This document shows, one piece after another, positions 63,512 to 64,000 of a stretch of 64,000 nucleotides of DNA (the stretch's first letter is position 1; each line of letters begins with the position of its first letter). Where the stretch lies: NCBI GenBank assembly GCA_021205695.1, contig JAJPXB010000029.1:5582-69581 (forward strand). Reading direction: 5' to 3'. The notes under the pieces are model-generated. The model did not search any database and was not told the DNA's origin. It saw only the letters and a program-made list of their open reading frames with translations. The DNA comes from Clostridiales bacterium (GTDB taxonomy: Bacteria > Bacillota > Clostridia > Oscillospirales > Oscillospiraceae). The translations under genes were made by a program, and so were the position numbers.

Positions 63512-63581
63512 GGCGGCACAAAGCGCCTGCCGGCTGCACAGAAGAGACTGTGAACGCTGAGACGACACCGGCGAACGGGCA

Positions 63582-63622
63582 ACACCCCTCCCACGGCACA
63601 GAGAAATGCCGTCGGAGGGGTG
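63582..63622 (+). terminator. Long hairpin downstream of the small ORF
   Basis: ACACCCCTC(C)CACGGCA / TGCCGT(C)GGAGGGGTGT gives about 15 bp with one mismatch. Only TT follows. Confidence 0.35.
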
Positions 63623-64000
63623 TTTGCATGATTGCAGGGAAAGCGTCCGTCCGAAGAAGGAATTTATTCGGAATCGGCGTCGGGGCGTGAGAATGTATAC
63701 CGTTTTCTCAACCTGGAAGGTGCCAGGGATATCTCCCGTAATTGCAGGTACAAGGAAGGGGAAAGAGGCGCAGATTTCAGCAGAAACGGGAGGCGGCCTC
63801 TTTCATGGGGCGGCCTCTTTATGCTGTACGCATACACGGGTGTTTTTATCGGCGGTCACCGACGTCCTCTGCATGTGGATGATACCACGAAATCCCTGGG
63901 ATACGGTCATAAGCGCAAAAACAACGTGGTCAGATACAAATTCGGGTGCCGGTCCGGCCCAGAATGCCCTCCCGGGCGCATTCCAGACTGGTGATGAGCG

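Noticed and set aside
1-64000. CRISPR arrays, rRNA genes, intact prophage or conjugation modules
   Set aside because: I saw no regularly spaced direct repeats, no rRNA-like sequence, and no capsid, terminase, relaxase or T4SS-type ORFs on either strand.
63930-64000. Possible 3' end of a minus-strand CDS entering from the right edge (...LITSLECAREGILGRTGTRICI-stop)
   Set aside because: Only 23 codons are visible. GC3 is high, but there is no motif or start, so the evidence is too thin to call. The plus-strand ORF 63632-63994 has junk-like composition and was also not called.

Overview
This 64-kb window is a chromosomal segment from a high-GC Firmicute of clostridial type. A T-box leader, AddAB, ylbJ, a SpoIVFB-like M50 protease and a GerMN lipoprotein support that placement; the species cannot be determined from the sequence alone. 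Most of the window is ordinary backbone: an ABC exporter pair, a CPA2 antiporter, an Fe-S aldo/keto reductase with an EFR1 ferredoxin, and two HXXEE membrane proteins. It continues with an AraC/OmpR-RR/HK/GerMN operon, xth, pdxK, gltX, an M50 protease, a MATE pump and T-box-controlled leuA. Further right are a lipoprotein/membrane-protein/permuted-GH3 operon, an AgrC-like kinase with a LytTR regulator, ylbJ, addBA, rpmE, hflX, yigZ, a thioesterase, an NCS2 permease and a LysR regulator. The stand-out feature is a visibly lower-GC island of about 16 kb (about 20.8-37.0 kb) with all genes on one strand. It sits between the leuA terminator and a decayed IS481/SWIM/tRNA-Leu(GAG) region. It holds ten co-oriented ORFs, and seven of them carry 17 short CxxC...CxxC zinc ribbons in total. 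Four of these are N-in membrane proteins that display large ectodomains: two C-type-lectin-like domains, BspA-type LRRs, SPOR, a thermolysin-like M4 protease, CarboxypepD_reg folds and propeller-like repeats. Three are soluble ribbon-only proteins. An eighth gene adds a membrane-anchored Big_2 + GDPD phosphodiesterase. Two of the large genes share a 238-nt, ~93% identical RBS + ribbon + TM module. I know of no described system with this composition and flag it as the main candidate. Smaller oddities include an in-frame TGA at the 5' end of the AgrC-like kinase and a frameshift at an A-run in the GDPD gene. Others are a YcxB-like gene with ATA at its expected start, two mobile-element scars, a structured leader on the NCS2 permease, and a 25-codon ORF with its own promoter opposite the LysR gene. 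Many long ORFs in the track are antisense or over-extended high-GC artefacts and were not called.
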